NCBI GenBank assembly: GCA_043718595.1
Contig: JAYSVL010000503.1
Span: 1 to 35,407 of the forward strand
Reading direction: 5' to 3'
DNA length: 35,407 nt
DNA from: Gemmatimonadaceae bacterium
GTDB taxonomy: Bacteria; Gemmatimonadota; Gemmatimonadetes; Gemmatimonadales; Gemmatimonadaceae
The number at the start of each line of letters is the position of its first letter. Positions within the stretch are counted from its first letter, which is position 1. Both the position numbers and the translations under genes were made by a program. Shown here piece by piece: positions 17,987 through 27,135 of this stretch. A model generated the notes under the pieces. The model saw only the letters and a program-made list of their open reading frames with translations. It was not told the DNA's origin and searched no databases.

Positions 17987-18346
17987 GTGATTGAAGGTCC
18001 GCCGCAACAATGGCACGTGTATGTCGTGGACCTGGAACCTCGCGTTGGCACGAAACCGGGCAAGCAACGTCCATGCGTCGCCATTCAGCCGAGCGAGTTC
18101 GGACAGGCAGGACATCCGAGCACCGTGATCGTCCCGCTGACGACTCGCACGGTCCCAAGCGACGCATTCCCGCTCCGCGTTCGTGTGCCCGCTGGCGCGT
18201 GCGGCCTTGCCCACGATAGTGATGTCCTCATTGACCAGATGCTTGCCTGGGACAACATACTGTTTCGGAAAGACCTTGGAGAGCTTCCCGAGGCGCTACA
18301 GGCCCAGATCCGCGCCGCGCTGCGAGAGTTTCTCGATCTCGGATAG
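17987..18346 (+). CDS. Type II TA toxin, PemK/MazF family endoribonuclease
   Basis: VYVVDLEPRVGTKPGKQRPCVAIQ, VIVPLTT and S.VLIDQM.AWD motifs. Confidence 0.9.
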   Translation: MIEGPPQQWHVYVVDLEPRVGTKPGKQRPCVAIQPSEFGQAGHPSTVIVPLTTRTVPSDAFPLRVRVPAGACGLAHDSDVLIDQMLAWDNILFRKDLGELPEALQAQIRAALREFLDLG

Positions 18347-18365
18347 CTCGACTGTGCACCCATCA

Positions 18366-18755
18366 TCACTTCAGGCGTTCCAGCTTGCCCTTGCGACGCA
18401 CAATGTTCTTGTAGTCCCACTGAATCTCGCGCGCCTTCACCAGCCATCGCTGCACGTCGTCAACGTTCACCTGCTCGACCGACGTGTAACGCGCCTCGGC
18501 CGCCTTGAACGTTCCCTCGTTTGTCAGACCAGACTCGTCAAACGACCGTCCACTCCAGAACAACAGCCGCACACAGTGTTTGAGTTTGCTGTAGCCGACA
18601 ATCGGATTGCCATCCAGAAACCATACAGGATGTGCGTGCCAGATCTTGTTTTCCGCGTCTGGTAAGCCGCGATCGATTTCAAGGGCCAGCAGGTCGCAGG
18701 TCGCCCGGTCGTCCGGTGTTTGCGCGGCGTTGTACGTCGTCACGTCTGCGTGCAT
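18366..18755 (-). CDS. DUF1801 (YdhG-like) domain protein
   Basis: AENKIWHAHPVWFLDGNPIVGYS...LLFWSG signature. Confidence 0.85.
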   Translation of the reverse strand: MHADVTTYNAAQTPDDRATCDLLALEIDRGLPDAENKIWHAHPVWFLDGNPIVGYSKLKHCVRLLFWSGRSFDESGLTNEGTFKAAEARYTSVEQVNVDDVQRWLVKAREIQWDYKNIVRRKGKLERLK

Positions 18756-18984
18756 AGTCGGCCTCAGTGTGTAGACACAGTTCTACATGTCAATCTACGT
18801 TAACCTCGCAATGACGCTTCTTGGCCAGGTACGAGTCCTCGTCGCCCAAGACTCGAATAGACGCCGCTGGTGCGAGTCACGCGTCTGCCCGAAACTCTCC
18901 GGCGGTGGGGCGAGCGGCGCGGTGCGGGAAGGTCAAAGAGTGGGCTTTGCGCTCTCGTATCTGCAGAATCGATTATCAGACCGG

Positions 18985-19062
18985 CGGATACTTGCCAATC
19001 GGACCGATTCGCGCTTACTTGTCATGTATCCGAGGCAACGGATATCTTTCTAAACGGATTAT
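18985..19062 (+). promoter_or_regulatory. Palindromic regulatory region upstream of the ATPase pair
   Basis: Inverted repeat CGGATACTTGCCAA (18985-18998) / TTGTCATGTATCCG (19019-19032), 12/14 match. Palindrome AATCGG-A-CCGATT (18997-19009). Direct repeats AACGGAT at 19037 and 19053. Confidence 0.4.
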
Positions 19063-19073
19063 CGCGGTGGGTT

Positions 19074-20237
19074 ATGCGGAACATCATCGGTCAGCCCGTC
19101 AGCGGCGACGATTTCTGGAAGCGGCCGGACGTCACCGAACCGATCGTCGAGTACCTCACGCATGGCACGGCCAACATCAAGATGTTTGGCTTGCGGCGCA
19201 TCGGTAAGTCGTCGGTCCTGCGCGACTTGGAGGCGACGCTACGCACCAGCGGACTGACCGTCATTCATGTCGATACCCAGAAGCACACTCAGTTTCGCCC
19301 CCTGATGGCCGACATCGTCGAGGCGCTTCCGAAAGACGGGAAGGCGAGCGACCTCCGGAAGAGCCTTTTGGGCAACAAACTCGTGTCCTGGTTGATCGAT
19401 CGAACTTCGGAGAATTTCGGAGCGAAGACGGAGGGTTTCGTAAACGAGTTCAACCATCACGCGGCGTGGTCGGGCGAAATTGAGGCATTGCTCAAGGCTT
19501 CCGCTCCGGTTGTGCTCATCCTCGATGAACTGCCGATCATGGCGCGCTCGATGCTGAACAGCGGCTACCGCCCGATCGATATCGAGCAGTTTCTTGCCAC
19601 TCTGCGGTCGTGGCGGTTCGAATGTGACGTACGAATGCTGTTCGCCGGTTCGCTCGGTTTCGGTGCATTGGAGCGGGACCACAAGGTCAACATCCGCGAC
19701 AACATTAGCGATCTCGCAGTTGTGCCGATACCGCCGCTGGATCTCGAAACGGCCATCGCATTTGTCGATAAGCTGGCCGAGTCATCCGGGGTTCGCGATT
19801 GGAATCGTGGCCTGTCGGCAGCCATCGTCGCAGAGTCAGCTGAGCGGTGGCCCATTTTCCTGCAATTCGGGTTTGACGCGGTAAAAAGGTCCGGAGCACG
19901 GCGGCCCGAAGAGATCGCCACGATCATGAGGGTCGGCGTCCGGGACCAGCTCGATGAGAACTTCTATTCGCAGTTCCGCACGCGCCTGGCGCGATACGGC
20001 GAACAGGAATCGGCTGCCCGGATGATCCTTAAGCTCGCCTCGGCCGAAGATGCACCGATGAGTTTTACAGCCATTGACAAGGCGCTCCAGGCAAAGGGAT
20101 GGCTCGACCTTCGTGACGATTTGCTCGAGTACTTGAAGGACGACGACTTCATTGAGGTCGACACCAGAGCCGGCGTGATCAGCGTCGCGTCGAGGCTTGT
20201 TCCGGTCTGGGTGCGCGCGCGTGCCTGGGGTCGATAG
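19074..20237 (+). CDS. P-loop ATPase, STAND/AAA+-like (387 aa, no recognisable effector)
   Basis: N-terminal G.PV.GDDF..R, Walker A GLRRIGKSS, Walker B VVLILDE, FAGSLG sensor-like strand, WPIFLQ (GxP-like) and a C-terminal winged-helix-like segment. Start at the ATG at 19074. Confidence 0.85.
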   Translation: MRNIIGQPVSGDDFWKRPDVTEPIVEYLTHGTANIKMFGLRRIGKSSVLRDLEATLRTSGLTVIHVDTQKHTQFRPLMADIVEALPKDGKASDLRKSLLGNKLVSWLIDRTSENFGAKTEGFVNEFNHHAAWSGEIEALLKASAPVVLILDELPIMARSMLNSGYRPIDIEQFLATLRSWRFECDVRMLFAGSLGFGALERDHKVNIRDNISDLAVVPIPPLDLETAIAFVDKLAESSGVRDWNRGLSAAIVAESAERWPIFLQFGFDAVKRSGARRPEEIATIMRVGVRDQLDENFYSQFRTRLARYGEQESAARMILKLASAEDAPMSFTAIDKALQAKGWLDLRDDLLEYLKDDDFIEVDTRAGVISVASRLVPVWVRARAWGR

Positions 20238-20238
20238 G

Positions 20239-23013
20239 ATGACGCTGCTTTCAGCGTTCAATCCGCACGAGCTGCCGGAATCGCGACTGCGCGCCGTGGC
20301 GACGGGAAGAACCGTCGAACTGCAGGAAATCATCGGCACCATCCGCGAGAACCTCGAGGGCAAAACGATGCAACACATCATCGTTTCGGCTCCACGCGGC
20401 TTTGGCAAGAGCTTTCTGATGCGGCATGTGGAGCTGGAATGCGGCCGCGTTCCCCGATCGAGCGATCGCGAGTTGGCGGTTGTGCTCATGCCGGAGGAAA
20501 TGCCGCACGTGAAGGAGCCCGAAACGCTGCTGCGCGAGATTGCCCGAACCTTTGCCGGCGGTCGCGGGCAGGACGCCGAGCTGAGCTGGCACGAAGACGA
20601 TGGCGAGGCTTGGGACGCTGCCGTCAAAGCGCTTGACGAGGCAGCCGCGTCCAAGCTTGGCGGATCCGGACTGCTTGTGGCGCTGGTCGAGAACTTCGAC
20701 GTATTGCTCAAGCGCGCATTCGCGAGCGAGGCACAACGGCTGCGCCTCCGCAATTGGCTCACACGGCACGACACGCGAATCATGTTGGTCGCCGCCTCCT
20801 CGAGCGGTGCCTTCGATCGCAGCTACGACGAGCCGCTGTTTCACGCCTTCAAGGAGGTGGCGCTCGCTCCGTGGAGTGAGGATGACTGCCTGAACTACTT
20901 CGACCGGCAGCGGGCCGATGCCGGCAAGTCGCCGTTGAGCGAGCTGTCGGCCGCGCGCGCGCGCGCCGTGGCGTCGTTCATTGGTGGCACACCGCGGCTC
21001 GCCACTTTGCTCGGTGACGCACTGTTCGAGGACGACATGCTGCGCGCCGCCGATCTTCTGGACAGACTCACCGACGAACTGACCCCGTATTACAAGGATC
21101 GGATCGATGCGCTGCCGGGCCGCTCGCAAAAGCTGCTCGACGCGTTGCTTCGCTTCGGCGAGCCTGCCACCCAGTCGGAACTCGCCCGACGGGTCAATGC
21201 CAACAGCCAGTCGGCCATTGCGGGACCGTTTGCCGATCTGGTTCGCGAACGTATTGTCGTGGGAGAGAAGTCGCCAAACTCGGCGGCAGTTCTTTACAGG
21301 GTCGCCGACCGCATCTTTGCCCATTACTACCGTCGCCGCGTTGTCGACCACGGCGAGGGCATGTGTCCACTGGAAGGCCTGGTCGACCTGCTGGCCCAGT
21401 ACTACTCGCGGGACGAGAAGCGTGATCGGATTGAGCAATTCGCGAATCTTGGACGGTACGAGGAAGCGAGAGTTATGGCCCGATTGCATGACGTGGACGC
21501 CGGAACCAATTCTAGATCGCGCGAGTGGATGTTGCGGAGCCTCGGCGAGTACCAGATTCCGTCGCGGTTACTGCCGTATGCTTCGCCCGCGCTCCAGTCC
21601 GTTCTGCAAAAAATTGCGGCGCTCAGCGTGAGCTTTGACGGCGACGGGGCTTTGAAGGCACTGAACCAAAGCGTCGGTCTCGTTACGCAGCAGGAGGATC
21701 TGGTGCTCGTGGAACTTGTCCGCTCGGCTCTGGACGCTGCCGATGGCGTTGCCGGCGGACTATCCGCCGCGAAGAAGGGACTCTCGCTGGCTTCCGGACA
21801 CCCACAATTGCTTCCGGTCGCACTAATTTGCATGAGTTGGAGCCAAGGTCAGCTCGGCCGCCACGAGGAGGCCGTGTCTACCGGGATCCGCGCCGCCGCC
21901 CTCGCCGAAAGCGCAAGTGCTGTACGCATGCAGGCGGCTGCGTTGCGGCAGGTTGCGTTCAACCTCGGCCAGCTCGGCCGCAACGAGGAGGCCGTCGCGA
22001 CCGCGATTCGCTCGGCCGCCCTTGCGGACAAGTCGCGGGATGTAGTCGAGCAGGCGGAAGCGCTGCGACTCCTTGCCTTCAGCCTTGGTCAGCTCGGCCG
22101 CAACGAGGAGGCGGTGTCCACCGGGACTCGCGCCGCCGCTGTAGCCGAAACGGCGGGGGACGTCATCGAGCAGGCGATAGCGCTGTCCGATGTTGCCTTC
22201 CACCTTGGCCAGCTCGGCCGCCACGAGGAGGCCGTGTCTATCGGGACTCGCGCCGCCGCTCTGGCCGACACGGCGGGAGGCGTACGCGAGCAGGCAACGG
22301 CGCTGTACCACGTCGCCGTCAGCCTCGGCGAGCTCGGCCGAAAAGAGCAGGCGTTGGCGACCGGGATTCGCGCTGCTGTTCTGGCCGAAACGACGACGGA
22401 CGTGACAATGGAGGCAGCGGCGCTACGCCACGTTGCCTTTAGTCTCAGCCAGCTCAGCCGCCACGAGGAGGCCGTGGCGAGCGCGACTCGCGCCGTTGCA
22501 CTAGCCACTAAGGCTGCGTATGTACCCGAACTGGGACAGGCAAACGGTGACCTTGCCTACTACTTGGCGAGATGTGGTCGGTTCGCCGATGCAGTCCAGG
22601 CGTGGTTAGCCGCCGAGAGTTCGTGCGCCTTTGATCGATCACCCGACTGGGCTTCAATGAGGCGAGCCCAACTGGCACAGCTGCTCAGCGGAAGTTCTGC
22701 TGGAGACATCGCAGCCGCGCACGAATGGTTGGCAGTCCTGGCTCAACTCGACGAGGGCGACCCCGCGTCGAAATGGGCGGAACGATTCGTCTATTCCATC
22801 GCTCAGTCCTGGGCCCTGCGCGTAACCGAGCCCGACCGCTTAACCGCGATCATCGATGCGCTCCAAATCCATGGCGGCGACCTGTACTCCGACGCTCGCG
22901 CTCTTCTCTCTGCCTGCCGCAACTATCATTCCGCCGGCCGAGACCCGGCCGTCTTGGCGAACGTAGATCCCGATGTCGCGCAAACCATCATGAAGGTGCA
23001 CCCGCCTGCCTAG
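20239..23013 (+). CDS. STAND-like P-loop ATPase with winged helix and TPR repeats (924 aa)
   Basis: FNP...ATGR, Walker A APRGFGKS, atypical Walker B LVALVENFD, GGTPR (GxP), wHTH ATQSELARRV and 40-aa TPRs (LGQLGRHEEA). Separated from the upstream stop by 1 nt. Confidence 0.87.
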   Translation: MTLLSAFNPHELPESRLRAVATGRTVELQEIIGTIRENLEGKTMQHIIVSAPRGFGKSFLMRHVELECGRVPRSSDRELAVVLMPEEMPHVKEPETLLREIARTFAGGRGQDAELSWHEDDGEAWDAAVKALDEAAASKLGGSGLLVALVENFDVLLKRAFASEAQRLRLRNWLTRHDTRIMLVAASSSGAFDRSYDEPLFHAFKEVALAPWSEDDCLNYFDRQRADAGKSPLSELSAARARAVASFIGGTPRLATLLGDALFEDDMLRAADLLDRLTDELTPYYKDRIDALPGRSQKLLDALLRFGEPATQSELARRVNANSQSAIAGPFADLVRERIVVGEKSPNSAAVLYRVADRIFAHYYRRRVVDHGEGMCPLEGLVDLLAQYYSRDEKRDRIEQFANLGRYEEARVMARLHDVDAGTNSRSREWMLRSLGEYQIPSRLLPYASPALQSVLQKIAALSVSFDGDGALKALNQSVGLVTQQEDLVLVELVRSALDAADGVAGGLSAAKKGLSLASGHPQLLPVALICMSWSQGQLGRHEEAVSTGIRAAALAESASAVRMQAAALRQVAFNLGQLGRNEEAVATAIRSAALADKSRDVVEQAEALRLLAFSLGQLGRNEEAVSTGTRAAAVAETAGDVIEQAIALSDVAFHLGQLGRHEEAVSIGTRAAALADTAGGVREQATALYHVAVSLGELGRKEQALATGIRAAVLAETTTDVTMEAAALRHVAFSLSQLSRHEEAVASATRAVALATKAAYVPELGQANGDLAYYLARCGRFADAVQAWLAAESSCAFDRSPDWASMRRAQLAQLLSGSSAGDIAAAHEWLAVLAQLDEGDPASKWAERFVYSIAQSWALRVTEPDRLTAIIDALQIHGGDLYSDARALLSACRNYHSAGRDPAVLANVDPDVAQTIMKVHPPA
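21841..22510 (+). repeat. Six tandem 120-bp intragenic repeats encoding 40-aa TPR units
   Basis: Anchor AGCTCGGCCG occurs at 21851, 21971, 22091, 22211 and 22331, and AGCTCAGCCG at 22451. The period is exactly 120 bp. Confidence 0.92.
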
Positions 23014-23094
23014 CCACGTGCGAACACGAAGAGAAACGAACCGTCGGCGCAAATCCCGGCGTCCACTGCGACCGGAAAGACCCTGTTCGTGCGT

Positions 23095-25278
23095 CTACTT
23101 CCAACGATACCGCAGCGCAACGTTCGCCATAAAACCTTCCAGCGGCGCCCACACGTCCGTCGTCCACCGTCCCGCCATGCCACGTGTGGGACGCACCAAT
23201 CGATCCGTGTCGGTCTGCTTCACATTGAGCAAATTCTCAAAGTTGGCCACCACCTCAAGCGCGCCAAACTGACGCGCCGCAATCGCCATCATATAAAGGT
23301 ACGGTTTCGCCGCAGTGCGGAACGGATTGTCGTCAAGCGCTTGCACGCCGAACCATGTACCCTCAAGCCCCATGCGATAAACACCAGGTCGTTCGAGCAT
23401 CAGGTCGCCGCCCAACCGATGACGCGGCAACATTGGCGTTGCTTCTCGCACGTTGGTGAGCGCGTCGGGCTCAGTGCCGCGCGAATAGCCATACGTGCCA
23501 ATGAATTTCCCGCCGCTGAATCGCCACACCGCAGCCGCTTCAACGCCACCAATGTTCGTCGCTTGCGACGCATTGTGCAGCGTCGCTTGGCCCACCGCAC
23601 TCGGCAACTCCATCACTTGCACGGCGCCATTGATGCGCGAGCGGTACGCCGTCACCAACATTTCTGCGCCAAGCAACGCACCATTCACGTCAATCATCGC
23701 ACCAGTGCTTCGCTCAGGCACAAGTTTGCCAATAGAACGAATGTTGCGAAGTCCGGTGGCTTCCGTCTCCTCGGTCGTGGCCGTTGGTGCAGCGAATCCT
23801 GTGCCGATGCTGCCGCGCACTGACCAGCCATCGACTGGCTTTACCAGCACCGCAAGTCGCTCCGTGAACTGGAGCTTGGCATCGGGATGTACGTCCGCAC
23901 GTCCACTTAATGACAGGGTCAGGATGCCAAACGCCCGCTCAGTCGTCGCAAACACACCCGGCGTGAACCAGTTGCGGTTGAACGCGTTGTTGAGCGCGTT
24001 CGCATACGTACTCACCTGCAACGCCGAGCCGACCACCGTCGCACCACTGGGCGCATCGAACGAACGCGTGAATTCAAAAAAGCCGGTCGACGTGCGGTCG
24101 TCCTCGCGCGCACCCGCGCCGAACACACGCTCTCGTACGTTCGTCGCATACGCAATGCGCGTGGCAAGGCTCCCGCCCGTGATCGGAATACGCGCGGTTG
24201 CACCAATGTCGGCGCGATTGCTCCGCAGTGCTTCGCGAAATGGCAGACCGTCTGGCGCACGCGCGGATCCAAGTGTGCCACCATCGCGATCATCGTACCC
24301 GTAACCAGCGGTCATGAAGAGTGACCGCCCACGCGTGTCGATGGCATGCAAACGCGGACGCACACTAAAGCGTCGCGCGCGCGCCTGATCGGCCCAGCCA
24401 TCACGATCGATGTCCTGCGCACTCTGCAACGTGCCTGCCGTCAGCAACGAAACTCCCACACCTTTGCCGAGTCGATAGCTCAGCCAGCTTGCCGCATCGG
24501 TCACGCCGAGTGTGCGACGATTGAGCAGGAGTTCTTTCTTGCCTGTCGGTGGCTTCGCGACAAGGTTGATCACACCACCAAGCGATTGTCCACCGTACAG
24601 TGCTGATGCAGCACCTTTGATGATCTCCACGCGTTGCAGATCAACGGGTGAGATGTCCAGCGGCCCAAGTGCGCTTGCGCTGCCGCCATAAAGTGGCAGG
24701 CCATCGGCGAGCATCACGGTGTACTGCCCGGGCAGCCCAAGAATGCGCACACTCCCCGTGCCGAGTCCCGGCGCCGCTGCTAACACACGAAGACCCGGCG
24801 TTTCGTTCAGCAGCATACCAATCCCACTCGGCGACATCAGCGTTTTTTCGTCGACTTCCATTTCGTCGACGACTTCAACACGGATCGGCGTCTCGCCCGC
24901 CAAACGTTCGGTGCGTGTTGCACTGACTTTCACGTCGGCGAGTTCCATCGCCATGTCGCTCATTGCGTCAGTCATCACAGCGGTGACTACTACGGAGACA
25001 ACGCTGTCCCGCACGACAGTCACCGTCACCTGCGCTGCTTTGAATCCAACGCGTGTGATGTCAATGACGCGTTGTCCCGCGGGCAGGGTGAGACGCGCAC
25101 GACCGTTCGCGTCGGTCAGCGCACTCTTCCCCACAGACTGCACGCGGAAACCGGCCAGCATGCCCATCGACTCGGCTACCGTGACATGTACCACGCCACT
25201 GTCGGGCTGAGCGGCGACGGTAGTCGCCGAGGCAAGCAACGCTACGAAGAGCAGGCTGCAGAGAGGTGATAGGTGCAT
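23095..25278 (-). CDS. TonB-dependent outer-membrane receptor
   Basis: Signal peptide, carboxypeptidase-regulatory-like N-domain, VKVSATRT, plug motif RVEIIKGAASALYGG...GGVINL, and C-terminal ENLLN...ALRYRW. Confidence 0.92.
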   Translation of the reverse strand: MHLSPLCSLLFVALLASATTVAAQPDSGVVHVTVAESMGMLAGFRVQSVGKSALTDANGRARLTLPAGQRVIDITRVGFKAAQVTVTVVRDSVVSVVVTAVMTDAMSDMAMELADVKVSATRTERLAGETPIRVEVVDEMEVDEKTLMSPSGIGMLLNETPGLRVLAAAPGLGTGSVRILGLPGQYTVMLADGLPLYGGSASALGPLDISPVDLQRVEIIKGAASALYGGQSLGGVINLVAKPPTGKKELLLNRRTLGVTDAASWLSYRLGKGVGVSLLTAGTLQSAQDIDRDGWADQARARRFSVRPRLHAIDTRGRSLFMTAGYGYDDRDGGTLGSARAPDGLPFREALRSNRADIGATARIPITGGSLATRIAYATNVRERVFGAGAREDDRTSTGFFEFTRSFDAPSGATVVGSALQVSTYANALNNAFNRNWFTPGVFATTERAFGILTLSLSGRADVHPDAKLQFTERLAVLVKPVDGWSVRGSIGTGFAAPTATTEETEATGLRNIRSIGKLVPERSTGAMIDVNGALLGAEMLVTAYRSRINGAVQVMELPSAVGQATLHNASQATNIGGVEAAAVWRFSGGKFIGTYGYSRGTEPDALTNVREATPMLPRHRLGGDLMLERPGVYRMGLEGTWFGVQALDDNPFRTAAKPYLYMMAIAARQFGALEVVANFENLLNVKQTDTDRLVRPTRGMAGRWTTDVWAPLEGFMANVALRYRWK

Positions 25279-25381
25279 CGGGGAATATTATCGATGCGGA
25301 TGCGCTTGCACGCGCGAACAGGGGCATCAATGAAGCCCTTCTTGTAACCCCGTCACTTGCCAAAGAAAAGAAACGTTGTAC

Positions 25382-25413
25382 TATACCAACCAGCTAATTA
25401 ACAACAGGGTATA
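25382..25413 (+). promoter_or_regulatory. Probable ArsR operator overlapping a near-leaderless start
   Basis: Inverted repeat TATACC (25382-25387) / GGTATA (25408-25413) in an AT-rich patch ending 2 nt before the ArsR ATG. Confidence 0.45.
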
Positions 25414-25415
25414 TC

Positions 25416-25760
25416 ATGCAAGATACACTCAGCCAAACCTTCTCGGCGCTGGCCGACCCAACCAGACGGGCCATGCTCGCGCAGCTCAGGCGTGGAGAAG
25501 CCACCGTCACCGAGCTCGCCGAGCCACACTTGCCCTACATGACGCTCCCGGGCGTCACCAAACATCTCAAGGTCCTCGAAAAGGCCGGCTTGGTGATCAA
25601 GGGGCGCGACGCGCAATGGCGTCCCTGTCGGCTCAATCCGGCACCGCTCACCGACGTGGCAAACTGGATGGACGAGTATCGCGTGCAGATGGAAGCAAGT
25701 CTCGATCGCCTTGGCGCATACCTTAAAACTGTCACCACCACACCCGGAACCTTACGATGA
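25416..25760 (+). CDS. ArsR/SmtB family transcriptional regulator
   Basis: FSALADPTRRAML..L..GEATV.ELAEP...VTKHLKVLE.AGL...GRDAQWRPC. Confidence 0.93.
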   Translation: MQDTLSQTFSALADPTRRAMLAQLRRGEATVTELAEPHLPYMTLPGVTKHLKVLEKAGLVIKGRDAQWRPCRLNPAPLTDVANWMDEYRVQMEASLDRLGAYLKTVTTTPGTLR

Positions 25761-26731
25761 TTGCCACCGACAACGTCACCGATAGCGCCAACGAAATTCG
25801 CATCACCCGCGTGTACGACGCGCCCCTGGCACTGGTGTGGGATGCATGGACCGATCTCGAACAGGTGGCGCAGTGGTGGGGACCGCGCGGCTTCACGATC
25901 ACCACGCACAACAAAGATCTGCGCGCCGGAGGTAGCTGGACGTACACCATGCACGGTCCCGACGGTACCGACTATCCCAACTTTGCGCGGTATCACGAGG
26001 TTGTACCGCATGCGCGATTGGTGTACGACCACGGCGCTACGTCTGCTGATGCGAGCCCCATGTTTCACGTGACGGCGACGTTCACCGACGTTGGTGGGAA
26101 GACTGAGCTCGACATGCGCATGAAATTCAAGACGGCGGACGTCGCGCGTGAGACACGTGCGCATATCAAGGCCATGGGCGGCAACTCGACATGGGATCGC
26201 CTGGCCGAGTATCTGGAGAAAGCCGCAAGAGCGAAAGACGTATTCGTTATCAGTCGCAGCTTCGACGCGCCGATCGAGACAATGTTCGACATGTGGAGCA
26301 AGCCAGAGCACTTTGCACAGTGGCTCGCACCAACTGGGTTCACGATGTCATTCCGGCGCGCAGACATTCGTGCCGGTGGCGAAAGTTTCTATTCGATGAC
26401 GAATGGCGCGATGACGATGTACGGCGGTGTGCAATACCACGAAGTGCGACGACCGGATCGCATTGTCTACACACAGTGGTTCGCCGACGAGCACGAACAG
26501 CTGTCGCGCCATCCCGCGGCACCAACGTGGCCGGCCAAGATGTTGGCGACCGTGTCACTCGCGTCAGAGGGACCAGCCGCCACACGCGTTACCGTGCGAT
26601 GGGATGTCGCTGACGATGCAACCGCAGCGGAAGTTGCGACGTTTGCTGCGGCCAAGGCCGGGATGACGCAGGGCTGGACCGGATCGTTCGACAAACTGGA
26701 CGACGTGCTGTCGACAACGTCGACTGTCTAA
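25757..26731 (+). CDS. Tandem SRPBCC (AHSA1/CalC-like) domain protein
   Basis: Two repeats of R.(Y/F)DAP...V(W/F)..W......QW..P.GF...D.R.GG, plus C-terminal GWTGSFDKL. ATGA-coupled to ArsR. Confidence 0.9.
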   Translation: MIATDNVTDSANEIRITRVYDAPLALVWDAWTDLEQVAQWWGPRGFTITTHNKDLRAGGSWTYTMHGPDGTDYPNFARYHEVVPHARLVYDHGATSADASPMFHVTATFTDVGGKTELDMRMKFKTADVARETRAHIKAMGGNSTWDRLAEYLEKAARAKDVFVISRSFDAPIETMFDMWSKPEHFAQWLAPTGFTMSFRRADIRAGGESFYSMTNGAMTMYGGVQYHEVRRPDRIVYTQWFADEHEQLSRHPAAPTWPAKMLATVSLASEGPAATRVTVRWDVADDATAAEVATFAAAKAGMTQGWTGSFDKLDDVLSTTSTV

Positions 26732-27135
26732 CGTGCGCGCATCTTGTTCCCACGCGCGTCATGTGTCACTTCGGCGAGACCGAGTGCTTCCATCAGCGGC
26801 GGGATGTACATGCCGAACCGACCGCGTAGCCCTTTCTTGAGACCATAGAAACCGCCAACAGGGTTTTTGGCAGATCGTCCCCATCCTTCGACGGTCCCAT
26901 CTTTGGCCTCCTTCTGTTCGTCGGCAGCACCAAGCTCCATCCAGTCGCCTTGGCTTGTGAGCATCGCGTGCAGATCATCGATGCACCGCGGGTCGTAGTG
27001 CAATACCGTTTTGCCTACGGTGCAGATGAGCAACTCGCGGCCGTTAATCTCCTCCACATGCATGGTGTACGCCGACGTTTGCGGTGGCGTCTGCAGCGCG
27101 AGCGGCTTCGCTTTAGTCCCGATCTTGTGCTTCAT
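26728..27135 (-). CDS. Conserved hypothetical protein (DUF6855-like)
   Basis: LQTPP..S.YTM, DW..LG.ADEQK and VE.WGRS..NPVGG.YGLKKG.RGRF motifs. The family name is from recall and should be verified. Confidence 0.7.
   Translation of the reverse strand: MKHKIGTKAKPLALQTPPQTSAYTMHVEEINGRELLICTVGKTVLHYDPRCIDDLHAMLTSQGDWMELGAADEQKEAKDGTVEGWGRSAKNPVGGFYGLKKGLRGRFGMYIPPLMEALGLAEVTHDARGNKMRAR

Noticed and set aside
18870-19073. 68-aa N-terminal extension of ATPase-1 as a possible effector domain
   Set aside because: It is not protein-like and overlaps the palindromic regulatory region. The family-type N-terminus begins at MRNIIG (19074).
20251-21489. 412-aa antisense ORF (and similar ones at 10465-11382, 28988-30100, 7012-7842, 30402-31442, 23495-24304)
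   Set aside because: Shadow ORFs opposite well-supported genes. They are expected at high GC and show no recognisable motifs.
21841-22510. Regularly spaced repeats as a possible CRISPR array
   Set aside because: The 120-bp period is in frame within a CDS, the intervening sequences resemble each other, they encode TPRs, and there are no cas genes.
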